This document shows, piece after piece, positions 15,907 to 28,319 of a stretch of 64,000 nt of DNA (position 1 is its first letter; each line of letters opens with the position of its first letter). Both the position numbers and the translations under genes were made by a program. Under the pieces are notes generated by a model that was given only the letters and a program-made list of their open reading frames with translations, ran no database searches and was not told where the DNA came from. Origin of the DNA: Eledone cirrhosa (taxonomy: Eukaryota); NCBI GenBank assembly GCA_964016885.1, contig OZ024743.1:253332001-253396000 (forward strand). Direction: 5' to 3'.

Positions 15907-16306
15907 TATATTAATAAAAGGAATTCCAACTTTGTCTGATTTACTCGTTTTATTTACAATCCTTTAACATTTATAATGGTATTAGAATGAAATAGTATGG
16001 TAGAATATTAAATATTAAGTGTTAATTGAAGAAGTACTTTCATGCTTTCGCAATCTTCAGGTTCATAATGTGTGGTGACAGTCAAGTTTGCAATTTTCAA
16101 TTTTTCAAACAGTTGAAAATTGCAAACTTGACTGTCACCACACATTATGAATCTGAAGAATGTGAAAGCATGAAAGTACTTGTTCAATTAACACTTTACA
16201 TTTATTATTCTACCATACTATTTCATTCTAATACCATTATAACTTTTAAAGGATTGTAAATAAAACGAGTAAATCATACAAAGTTGGAATTCCTTTTATT
16301 AATATA
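15907..16306. mobile_element. ~400-bp palindrome of a PLE-type 3' end, one minimal HHR per arm
   Basis: Arms of ~195 bp around a short spacer at ~16101-16111. HHR motifs at 16027-16065(-) and 16148-16186(+). Confidence 0.8.
16148..16186 (+). ncRNA. Minimal type I hammerhead ribozyme
   Basis: tgaat CTGAAGA atgt gaaa gcat GAAA gtac TT gttca. Stem III palindrome agtact; GNRA-capped stem II. Confidence 0.75.
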
Positions 16307-16324
16307 TATGTATATATATATATA

Positions 16325-17803
16325 TTCATTAGCTAAGCAAAACAAGACTACACATTCCACAAGGAAGACATTATTAAACGATTGTCAAGATATTTTAGTT
16401 TGATGTAAGGAATGTGGAGAATAATAATAATAATATTAATAATATCCCTAAACGCTTCTCCTCTATCCTATCTAAACATCCACCCACACCAACCATAGAT
16501 AATACAAACTCTTTAATAAAAACAACATTCAAATCTCATTTTCGACAACACCTAACCTAGCTAGCCACATCGCATTCAGTAACCATCATAAACTAAGACA
16601 GTATAACTCCCACACCGCGGTACCACCGCCACCATCAAATAAACCACGCCACTACACCAATATTACTCAAGTAGCACACCTCCCTCATCTAATCCTTCTA
16701 GCACTGACCAACCGCTTAGTTTAAACAACCCTACTCTCACTAACCGCAGAAGTAACTGCAACTGCAGTTACCCTAATGCATGCCCACTAAATGGACATTG
16801 CCTGAAACCCAATATCGTTTATAGGTGCACAGTTAAAACTGCTTCGTATACCAGCTCCTATATCGGCTTTGCCTCTAACCCTTTTAAGGTACGCTATAAC
16901 GCACACTCTTTTTCCTTCCGTGACCCTAATAACAGATGTTCGACATCTCTAGCTAGGCTCATTAAAAACCTTAAATTAACCAACTTTGAACACTCACTAA
17001 CATGGGATATCTTGGGTAGGGCCCAACCGTTCAATGGACGAAGAAACTCTTGTGACCTCTGTCTTACAGAAGCATATTACATAACTCTATCAAGATTAAC
17101 GATAGAACGGAGGTAACTATTAGCTGTCAACATCGAAAGGCTAATTCCTTCGCCAATAGAATATTCGACCCAACATAGTCATCTAGCCCCATTTTACTTG
17201 TATCTAATAAGTTAAATAGTTATAGCTAACATAGATAATTATAAGTTACATTGTCTCTCAATTAAAAAATTTAAAAAATTAACTATTCTTAACTACAAAC
17301 TACCCACAATCTCTAATCTCACGCGGAGTTACTTCCCCTGAAACCACCCTCTAATTAGTAAGGTAAATATGTCCATTGGCGGCCATATTGTTGCCCATAG
17401 GGAGATCTCACACAATGCAGCCTCGACAGAAGAATACTGCTCGATTATGGCAGACAATAGATACACCCAGGACACCATAGTGAAATACCAATATATGGAA
17501 CATTACATTCATGTAACATTCTTTCATTATTTTAATTTATATTCCTTTTGAAGTTCCGATGAGCTGCTCTAATTTTACCTAAGTTAATTATTTTCAACTG
17601 AACCAGATCAATAATGACCTATAGTCATTTAATCCAGAAATATTATATGAAGTAGCTAAATAATTGTAAACGGACATTATTATTATTAATATTATTATTA
17701 TTATTCTCCACATTTCTTACATCAAACTAAAATATGTTAACAATCTTTTAATAATGTCTTCCTTGTGAAATTTGTGGTCTTGTTTTGCTTAACTAATGTA
17801 TAT
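16325..17803 (+). mobile_element. PLE fragment (Hydra-type GIY-YIG) with inverted terminal copy
   Basis: Reads KLFNKNNIQISFSTTPNL...CNCSYPNACPLNGHCLKPNIVYRCTV...YIGFASNPFKVRYNAH...LTWDIL...CDLCLTE. 16325-16443 is inverted at 17676-17803. Decayed HHR at 17553-17671. Confidence 0.85.
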
Positions 17804-17991
17804 TTCCAGCTCTGTGCACCTAACCTCTGCATGAACCCAGCCACCTAGCTGCCTTCCACTGTATGTTGCATATTGAGCACATGCCTTTACGCTTTGGCTT
17901 ATAACATTATTCACCAATCTCTCTTCTCCGCTCCTATCTCCTTTCCTATCTCCATCTCTCAATTTAAGATTGGTTACTCTTGAACGGTATA

Positions 17992-18046
<55 letters not shown>

Positions 18047-18094
18047 TATATACACACGCGCACACACACACATATATATATATATATATTATAT

Positions 18095-18168
<74 letters not shown>

Positions 18169-19685
18169 TGTGGTATGCTTAAAGCGTCCGTAAGCGGTAT
18201 GCCATTTGAGCACTCGATGCTCTTACACACATCGGTCCCTTGTGTCCACCCGTCATGAACCTGTCTCATGTGCATGGTTGATGTGCAGGTTCGAACCCAC
18301 TCCTTTCGATAATCAGTCCTGTGTCTTATATAAACCTATGCATCACAGTCTTCAAGTATTCTATGAAACTTTATGTAAATCCCAATAATGTCCGTTTGGC
18401 ATGAACAGTTACCCCATTTGCATCCATTTCATGTATACATTCCTTTTTCCAGTATCTTATTTTATATTATTTTATTTTATTGTATTTGATGTACGTACAC
18501 GCTTTTTTATATATATGCCCTCCCCCCACCCACGTTATGTACATGGCTAATACGTAGATACTGCATTTATGCATATTGTGTGTGCACTTTCAGCCTAATA
18601 AGGGTTGAGTCCAAGCCTCAAGAACATATAATATTGTATGCGCCATTTGCACAGTCGTGCGTGTGTGTGTGTGGATGTGTGGGTGTTCATCAAGTATATT
18701 CTCTTTTTTGAGAGGTATAGGCATGCTCATGTGCATGCCCATGCGTGGGTACATGTTTGCATGTGTGTGCACGCATACACGCATACCGGCATGTGCATGC
18801 ATATCCGAGTGTATTTAATTGTATGAACATGTCTGAGTAAGTGTATGCATATCTATGTGTAGATTCTCAATTTTTCATCTCTATATGTGCGCAGCGTCTT
18901 GAGTATATATGATTCACTGAGTACAGTGTATGAGTGTGTGGATATGCGTATACTTATCAAAAATACCGTTGAAATAACTTTTTTGAAGGGCTCTTCCCAG
19001 CATTCTTTTAAAGACGTTCTTTTTATAGGGTTTTCCTTTTGAAATGTGGGTGTTTTAAGGTATCCTGAGGGTGTGTTTTATGAAACATCTTTTTAAATGT
19101 TTTTTTAAATGGTTTTTAAATGGTTTTTCTTTCTAAGTATTCGCTAAACATTTAACATTTAATATTTATTGTGATTGTCGCATATAAGACAGTTGCGGGT
19201 GTGTATCTGATTGGTGTGTGTATATAAGTGCCCATACCTAACACGCCTGCGCGATATAATGACATGGGTGTGGGCGGCTACAGGCTGGCAGGGCTGCGAC
19301 AAGACGCGACCGGTTCAATCATACAACCTCTTACTTCCTACAGTAGTAATTCCGATATAAGACACAACTTTGATTGACAGGTGGCAATTGAAAGAAACCA
19401 AATAAACGACAGCCGTGAGTGGCCAAAAATACCGATGAAGTGTACAATTCTTGACGACTCATAGAATGAAAACAACAGGATCTAAGCTGCTGAGTGAAGG
19501 CCGCGGGTGTAACTGGACATTTGGAAACTCTGCTTCGTAGAATTGAGACATATCTGAGCATCTTGCGATTTCAGAGTCAGGTTTGATCATTGCATCAAAT
19601 CGTGCCTCGAGCTGGTCGCCAAAGAAACGATTGTAAAAAGGCCAATAAATCTTATTCGTCGCACCACTGATTCCATGTTTCTTAT

Positions 19686-19726
<41 letters not shown>

Positions 19727-20304
19727 CGTATTTCCAAAGAAACACGGTTTTAGGAAGCCATAGCTATGCAAACGCCGAGGCTAGCGCCCTTTGGTGGTGT
19801 CCAGCAGAAGCTTTTCTATATATATTTTTATAACGGTATGCCTCAAGCGAAATACTATTTATATATATATATTGATTTGAGTTGTATTCGCCAGGGAAAT
19901 GTCTAGTTAATATGGAAAAATTCGTTGTAGCCATTCAATAACTCAGAAGATTGTTAAATCCGCTTTATATTTATCATTTCTCTCTTAGTGTTAAAGTTTC
20001 CATGCACTTTCATGAAGACACATTCATATAGGATTTTTGCAACAAGAACTACATGCTTAGCATTATCCGTCAACACTGCATATTTATAACTCTGTGACGT
20101 CTTTATATACTCGTAACAGTAATTTTCCATACCACTAAGAAATAGTACTAATGCAGAGATAAAGACATTTTTATCAAATGTTACAATGCACATAGTTACA
20201 TATATACTGACTATGCTTCATATAATTCCGGTGATTGCTATCTATATCTTAGAGTCGCGACATTTCTATGTCTCATATAATCATTAATCTTTATTATTTG
20301 ACAT

Positions 20305-20465
20305 CTAGCCATGCTTTGCAGCAAAGAGTTACGGCCCTTTATGGTATGAGTTCAAATGCCACCGAGGTTAACTTTGCCTTTCATCCATACGGGGTCGATA
20401 AAATAAAGTACCAGTAATACACTGGATTAATTGCTGGCTTTGTGCCAAAAATAGAAACAATCATT
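20305..20465 (+). mobile_element. tRNA-derived SINE
   Basis: gagttcaaatgccaccgaggttaactttgcctttcatcc...gctggctttgtgccaaaaatagaaac. Confidence 0.8.
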
Positions 20466-20753
20466 TGAAATCTAGCCCCTTTGCATTATTACCTCCACTA
20501 GATTATTACCTGGGGCAGGGGGTACTATTGATCAGCTAAATATCATCATCAGAAGTGGGACAGTGTCTTAGTATTTAGATGTATCAGAATACCTACTTTT
20601 TTAAAGGCTGAGCGCCCTAAATTCCTACACACGCACACGCACACATACACACACGCACACATACGCATCCATGCACACAAACACACACACACATATATAT
20701 ATATATATAATCATATATACATATACACACACACATACATATATTTATATATA

Positions 20754-20788
<35 letters not shown>

Positions 20789-20879
20789 CGGAGGAAATGT
20801 GGTAAGGAACCAGGTGGACCATAACGCACCAAAGTACTCAATACTTGAGGTAGTAGAGTGGGTAATAGGAACCAGTAAG

Positions 20880-20973
20880 ACCCCGACAGCTGAGCTCAAG
20901 CCGTTTCGACGGCTAATTCTGGACTAAATGAAAATTTATCCTGGTATTTAAATAGCCGATCTTCTCAAGGGGT
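20880..20973 (-). ncRNA. Hammerhead ribozyme variant with U3-A8 core (left arm)
   Basis: Reverse complement of 23576-23669. Confidence 0.7.
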
Positions 20974-23575
20974 AATTCCATATATGGTCAAAGTGATTGT
21001 CAAAAATCAGTAGTAATTCTGTGGTTGCAAATTAGTAGGGGAGATGGTGGCTAAACCTGCCAGTAGGAGAAAGAAGGGAGGGGGTGGAGTAGACCCAATC
21101 AAGCGTTGGTAGTGCCAGTTACAGCTGGGCATGAGGTCAAAGAAGATACAGGGGAGGGGGAGGGGGAGGAAGTCGGAACGGTAGGTAGAACAATGGGGGG
21201 GTAGAAAAATATATATAGGAAAGAAAAAATACTGAGAGTGAAGAAAAGCAAATAAGTGTAAAGAAAAAAGTAAAGTAAATTAAATTCTACGACCTAGGTC
21301 TCAGGCTATTGTTAGGCTAGAATAAAATAAAGAAAGAAAGAAAGAAAGAAGTAAAGAAATAAATAAATAAATAAATAACGAAATAAGTAAAAGAACTAGG
21401 TGGGACGGATTAGGCGAGGAACCTTTTAAGAGGTATAAGTACCTAAATGATACGGTGACGGGTCAACAAAAGGGGCCAAAATACTAAAGAGACTACCACG
21501 AAATAAACAATAAAGGTTTCCATCCCGGGCCAGCAACGACCCAGTGCAGCAAAGTGAACTAGTACGAGATAATAATTCTGAGTCCCGAGAAAAATATATA
21601 CTAATGCTAACTCTAAAAGATCTAAAACAAGCTACATGGAAGTTCGTACGAAATAAAGGTAGAATACGGAGAAATAAATTCAGAATCCACCCCGCCCAGA
21701 AGAAAAGCGAGGCAAGAAATACTGAAACGAAAAAATAAGGCATAAGTGCCACTAAGAAATATAGAGGGCACAGAGAATAGTGGGAGCGGTCGGAAAAAGG
21801 GGGCAAGTATCCGGGGTCTAAGCCAACTGCTATAAAGGGCGGAGTCCGCCAAATCTATCATAGACTAGGGGAGGGGGGGTGGGGGTACTAAGGCTACATG
21901 GGGCCAAAGGGCAGCCTCGGGTGGGCGAGAAAAGACGCCGACAAAGGAGAAGAGCTGGGGTAGAAGGACTAAGGAGAGAGGGGGGGAGGAAAAAAAGGAA
22001 GCGATAAAAGAATACAAAGAAGATCTTACGTCTTCCTTGGCAAGTAGGGGTTACCCATTGCAAAATCGGCAAGTGGGGTGTTATAGCCCTAGTCTACCCC
22101 CCCCCCCCCGGGTCATTATGGGGTTTGAGGGCGAGGTAAGTCTTACGCAATCTATGTTTACATGCAGTGACCAGTTCATCTTTCTTGTTTAGGAGTTGGT
22201 CCGTCGAAAACAGCATTTGTAAAGTTTCCTCCGAGCATAAATTGCACGGACGGCGTCCTCCCGTGTAAGAATTGGCTCTGGACAGTAATCTCCAAGTGAG
22301 ATCATAGGTGATGTTGTTGTCCTTGAGGTCCCATATGTGGCCCGAAAGTGTAGTGGCGTGACGCCGGGCCAACAAGAAAGATGAACTGGTCACTGCATGT
22401 AAACATAGATTGCGTAAGACTTACCTCGCCCTCAAACCCCATAATGACCCGGGGGGGTAGACTAGGGCTATAACACCCCACTTGCCGATTTTGCAATGGG
22501 TAACCCCTGCTTGCCAAGGAAGACGTAAGATCTTCTTTGTATTCTTTTATCGCTTTCTCCCCCCCCCCCCCTCTCTCCTTAGTCCTTCTACCCCAGCTCT
22601 TCTCCTTTGTCGGCGTCTTTTCTCGCCCACCCGAGGCTGCCCTTTGGCCCCATGTAGCCTTAGTACCCCCACCCCCCTCCCCTAGTCTATGATAGATTTG
22701 GCGGACTCCGCCCTTTATAGCAGTTGGCTTAGACCCCGGATACTTGCCCCCTTTTTCCGACCGCTCCCACTATTCTCTGTGCCCTCTATATTTCTTAGTG
22801 GCACTTATGCCTTATTTTTTCGTTTCAGTATTTCTTGCCTCGCTTTTCTTCTGGGCGGGGTGGATTCTGAATTTATTTCTCCGTATTCTACCTTTATTTC
22901 GTACGAACTTCCATGTAGCTTGTTTTAGATCTTTTAGAGTTAGCATTAGTATATATTTTTCTCGGGACTCAGAATTATTATCTCGTACTAGTTCACTTTG
23001 CTGCACTGGGTCGTTGCTGGCCCGGGATGGAAACCTTTATTGTTTATTTCGTGGTAGTCTCTTTAGTATTTTGGCCCCTTTTGTTGACCCGTCACCGTAT
23101 CATTTACGTACTTATACCTCTTAAAAGGGTCCTTGCCTAGTCCGTCCCACCTAGTTCTTTTACTTATTTCGTTATTTCTTTATTTATTTATTTCTTTACT
23201 TCTTTCTTTCTTTCTTTATTTATTTTATTCTAGCCTAACAATAGCCTGAGACCTAGGTCGTAGAATTTAATTTACTTTACTTTTTTCTTTACACTTATTT
23301 GCTTTTCTTCACTCTCAGTATTTTTTCTTTCCTATATATATTTTTCTACCCCCCATTGTTCTACCTACCGTTCCGACTTCCTCCCCCTCCCCCTCCCCTG
23401 TATCTTCTTTGACCTCATGCCCAGCTGTAGCTGGCACTACCAATGCTTGATTATGTCTACTCCACCCCCTCCCCTCTTTCTCCTACTGGCAGGTTTAGCC
23501 ACCATCTCCCCTACTAATTTGCAACCACAGAATTACTACTGATTTTTGACAATCACTTTGACCATATATGGAATT

Positions 23576-23669
23576 ACCCCTTGAGAAGATCGGCTATTTA
23601 AATACCAGGATAAATTTTCATTTAGTCCAGAATTAGCCGTCGAAACGGCTTGAGCTCAGCTGTCGGGGT
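23576..23669 (+). ncRNA. Hammerhead ribozyme variant with U3-A8 core (right arm)
   Basis: acccc TTGAGAA gatcggcta..tagccgtc GAAA cggct tgagctc agctg TC ggggt. All three stems pair. Confidence 0.7.
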
Positions 23670-23679
23670 CTTACTGGTT

Positions 23680-23771
<92 letters not shown>

Positions 23772-23773
<2 letters not shown>

Positions 23774-24585
23774 TGGTAACACAACAGTTATTTCACCATA
23801 CGGAGAACAATTATTTCACCTTAGCGGATCCTCAGCTCGTACTGATCATGGTTATACGGAACAGGAAGAACAACCGTATGAACACGCATACGCAAAAGCG
23901 GTCACTTCACCCAAGCGATACAAAGCCACGGGCGAAAGGTGTAAGGGAGATAACTGCAAAAGTCGGAAAAAATGTTCGTGTTGATAAGAAAGTTAGAATG
24001 TTATTGGTATTCAATCCGGAGCTTTGTAGTTATGCAAGAGGTGTTTCCAAACATGTGGACAACGTAAGAAGAATTCATTACTTGAATTTAGGCAATTGCA
24101 ATTGCGTAATCTTCTAAGAATATTTATGCTTTCTTCAATACACTGTCCACACGACGGAATTACTGATGGCTTTCCATTGAATGGAGTAGTCTATACTTGA
24201 GTCCTTGAGGGACCATACGTAGCTCCGAGTTTCGTAGCTTATCGTTTGTCCCGGTATCTAAAGGTCGACTGATGGTTCAAGAAGCGTTCTTTTAATCGGC
24301 TCTCCGCCATACCTACGTAGCATTTGGCCTCCTGTGTTTGATTTGGTCGGTTGGAAGTGACCACAGCATCATAAACTACCGCTGGTGTCGCATTGTTATT
24401 GAATGGGACAAACTTCACACTTTCGGCAAGAACATCCTGGTGGGGTGCCTCTCTTAGGACTGTTGGTGATCTGGACCTTCATATTCTTAGGGCAGGAGTA
24501 CTCTAGTTTTATTCTGTGTCTGTTAAAGATGAAGCGGTATTTGTGACTTATGGGAAAGTGTTTATCTAAGAGGACTAAACATTTG
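23772..24585 (-). mobile_element. PLE fragment (Hydra-type GIY-YIG, frameshifted) with minimal HHR
   Basis: LDKHFPISHKYRFIFNRHRIKLEYSC...CSCRKCEVCP...VVYDAVV...YVGMAESRLKERFLNH...IQWK...CGQC...CPH. HHR gag CTGAGGA..GAAA taattg TT ctc at 23799-23841(-). Confidence 0.85.
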
Positions 24586-24656
24586 TTTCCTATATGAGTG
24601 AGAAGGGAGGAGAGAACCAGATAGTTTGTCTATTGTTACATTGCTTATTTCTTTTC

Positions 24657-24745
<89 letters not shown>

Positions 24746-24978
24746 GTATATATATATATATATATGTAACCCATGTGCAACCACGCAGCACTCCATTTTT
24801 CTTATATTTATATTTTTTCCTCAGCTGCGATTGTTTGTTTCTTTCTTACTGCTTCCCCTCTCTCTGTATCTCTCACCTTCTTTTTACCCCCTCTGCCAGT
24901 CACACTCTCTCTCTCTCAGCTGGCCTCTTATTTTACTCCTCCGGTTGCTGTTAGATGTGTTTTGTTTCATTTGATCTA

Positions 24979-25045
24979 ATCTCTCGCTGTTACAAACACA
25001 ACTTTCAGGGCGAAACAGATTAAATCTCTAATCTGTCCGAGAGAT
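24979..25045 (+). ncRNA. Decayed hammerhead scaffold
   Basis: Stem I atctctcg/cgagagat, stem III cagatta/taatctg, with GAAA and GTC present. The core reads ctgttac and stem II is lost. Confidence 0.45.
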
Positions 25046-25206
25046 GAAATGTGTTTGATACGGTCAGTATAAAATTATATCCTACTGTATGTTTAAGATT
25101 AAATATTTAAAACATTTGTGGCATTCTCTACCCTCGTAATTTTAGACACGAAATTTACTGTGTTTATTTATACATATATTACTATATATATATATATATA
25201 TATATA

Positions 25207-25830
25207 TTGTTATACTTTGGGAGGGTCATGTTGCCAATAAGAAACACACGCACCATTTGCTTTCACTTCAATTTATTATAAATTAAATTTATAAATTTCC
25301 GGTTGGAAAACATAAATAGAAAACATAAATAGAAAACATGAATGGAATAGCAACATCACAACTTACAATTAAGGACAAAATAAAAACACACACACACATA
25401 GAACAAATAACCAAGCAGTAACATGTAAATAAACAAATAAATAAACAAATATAAACACACACAGAAATCTGGATGTAACACATGCGCAAACTAAGCACAC
25501 AACTCACACAAAACAAGATAGGATAGGAAAGAACAAAGGAGAGGCAAAAAAACAAAGAAAAGAATCCCCAGTCACTGAAGAGGTCACATAATGTGTGACG
25601 AAAGAATTTTAACAATATATGAACAATTGTCTGGTTGTGAAACCAACCAACCAACCAACCGGAAATTTATAAATTCCTAAATTTATAAATTTAATTTATA
25701 ATAAATTGAAGTGAAAGCAACTGGTGCGTGTGTTTCTTATTGGCAACATGACCCTCCCAAAGTATAACAATATCGATTTCAACACACGTTTTCAGATAAA
25801 GAATCTTGCTAAACACATTCAGAAACGAAA
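25207..25830 (+). mobile_element. Short copy of the 46750-52049 PLE family (3' UTR plus inverted end)
   Basis: ~25320-25830 matches ~51530-52049. 25207-25307 is the inverted end. HHR core at 25570-25603. Confidence 0.9.
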
Positions 25831-25832
25831 TA

Positions 25833-25931
<99 letters not shown>

Positions 25932-26334
25932 CTATATATATTTATATATATATACATACATACATACATATATATATATGAAAAGAGTAAACGGAAATAA
26001 TAAAGCAAAAAACACCGTACAATGAAGAAATGTTATTTAAGTATTTGATATAATAGGACCAGTCTTCAGGTTTCGTACACTACTCACTTATCAGAAGATA
26101 GAATGAGAAATAAAACATAAAATAGAACTATATAAGAAGAAAGAATAGAAAACTTTTTTTTAGAAAACCCTTACGTGTAGTTTTGCTTAAGTATTTTACA
26201 TCGTTGGATACCGTGTTCGGTTATTATATCAATTATCAAAGGCTAATATTTACTTTAATTTATCTAATTAATTTCTACACTTAACTAATTCTTCCACCCC
26301 CTCTCCCCCCTCTCTCACCCCCCTCTCTCACCCC

Positions 26335-26365
<31 letters not shown>

Positions 26366-26376
<11 letters not shown>

Positions 26377-27527
26377 AATAATAATGAGTTCAAATCTCAG
26401 GCAATCATTTACAATGAAATAGCTCGAAGAAAGAGTATTTCTGAGCCGGGTAATATAGGTTAACACAAATCAATATATTTGATAAACACAAATATCCTCA
26501 TATTTATGTTTGTATTGTAAATGACCAAGTTAGCTAGATAGAAATATACTAATAATAATATTACAGTTTGACTATCATGACTTAAGATAATACATCATAA
26601 ATCAACAAAAATAAATTGTACTGGCAATGGCCGTAGTGCTTGGACAAATTTAAATTTCAAAATCAAACCTGTTCCGTAGACAGGTTTAAACCTTAAAATC
26701 CAAATATGTTTCGAATAATGAAAAAGTGGAAGAAAATACCGCATTTTGATCTCCTCAGCAAGCACTATAAAAATTGGTATGTTCCAATTCAAAATATTTA
26801 GGAAGACTGTTTAGCGCACGAGGTAACCTCATGCGGTTATCCAGTGTCTAGCTAGCCTCATACTCGTGCTGCTAGAAATAACAGCCGTTTGTATGGGGCT
26901 AAAATCAGCTCAACGAAGGAGCAGTGAAAAATCAATAATAATGAGTTCAAATCTCAGGCAATCATTTACAATGAAATAGCTCGAAGAAAGAAAGAGTATT
27001 TCTGAGCAGTGTAATATAGGTTAACACAAATCAATATATTTGATAAACACAAATATCCTCATATTTATGTTTGTATTGTAAATGACCAAGTTAGCTAGAT
27101 AGAAATATACTACTAATAATATTACAGTTTGCATATCTGACTTAAGATAATACATCATAAATCAACAAAAACAAATTGTACTGGCAATTCGAAACATATT
27201 TGGATTTTAAGGTTTAAACCTGTCTACGGAACAGGTTTGATTTTGAAATTTAAATTTGTCCAAGCACTACGGCCATTGCCAGTACAATTTGTTTTTGTTG
27301 ATTTATGATGTATTATCTTAAGTCATGATAGGCAAACTGTAATATTATTATTAGTATATTTATATCTAGCTAACTTGGTCATTTACAATACAAACATAAA
27401 TATGAGGATATTTGTGTTTATCAAATATATTGATTTGTGTTAACCTATATTACACGGCTCAGAAATACTCTTTCTTTCTTCGAGCTATTTCATTGTAAAT
27501 GATTGCCTGAGATTTGAACTCATTATT
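26366..27527. repeat. Tandem plus inverted triplication of a ~260-350 bp unit (probable PLE 3' end)
   Basis: 26366-26630 is repeated directly at 26927-27188, and ~26378-26716 is inverted at 27188-27527. Confidence 0.8.
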
Positions 27528-28319
27528 TGTATTATTGGTTGTATTATAAGTTGTATTATTGGTTGTGTTAAACGGTCCAATAAATTTATGTTAGGAATAT
27601 TAAGTTCTCCACGCTTGTGTATATTTCCAATTCCATTCAAGGGAACAGCTAGATGATGTAAAACGGAGTATAAGTATCAAAATGAAAATCTGAAGGCAAG
27701 GTAAAATTCCAATCATTTCAATTATGACATGTGTTTCAATAAGAGATAGATCGATCGTAAAGCCATGATCAATTATCACTGAACTCATCAGGTGAAAATG
27801 AATTGTCTTCAAATTCTTGATATGAGGGAGAAATTAGCAATGTTCACTCACAGCGTTTATTCCCTCATATGAATATCCAGTATTCAGAAATTCGGCGACT
27901 GCTTTCAGCTTCAGTTAGGGTCATAAAACTGTCAAATCCCCATAGCTGCAAAGGACGCTAGACATTAATCAGATCTGTAGAAAAAAGTCGGTCACAGTTA
28001 ACACACTCAACACCCATACACACCGGCTCGAGGTCAACGAAAAAAAAAAATATATATATACTCATATCAACACATCATCAAACCTGTAGAACTATAGAAG
28101 GTCACAATTAGTGTGAGTGGGTACACACACATTCTCACACACACCGAAGCGATGTCATAGAAAAAATATAAGAATAAGTATATACCAACACAGCATTCAC
28201 CGAAAGTTCGTTTACAAAAACAAATGCTACATTGGTCAAATCTCAATTTGACGATGTAAATTGGAAATATTGGGTTAACCACAGCCCCATACACACACAA
28301 ACACACACACAAGCAAATA

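Larger units (their letters stand above)
20787..23684. mobile_element. 2.9-kb tail-out PLE palindrome (Hydra-type endonuclease C-terminus at centre)
   Basis: 20865-22189 is mirrored by 22371-23684. The centre encodes on the minus strand HATTLSGHIWDLK...LTWRLL...CNLCSEE...LLNKKDELVTACKH. Both ends lie in (TA)n. Confidence 0.9.

Noticed and set aside
21426-23124. Mirror-image 126-aa and 79-aa ORF pairs
   Set aside because: They lie in the PLE 3' UTR and are duplicated only because of the palindrome; no protein motifs.
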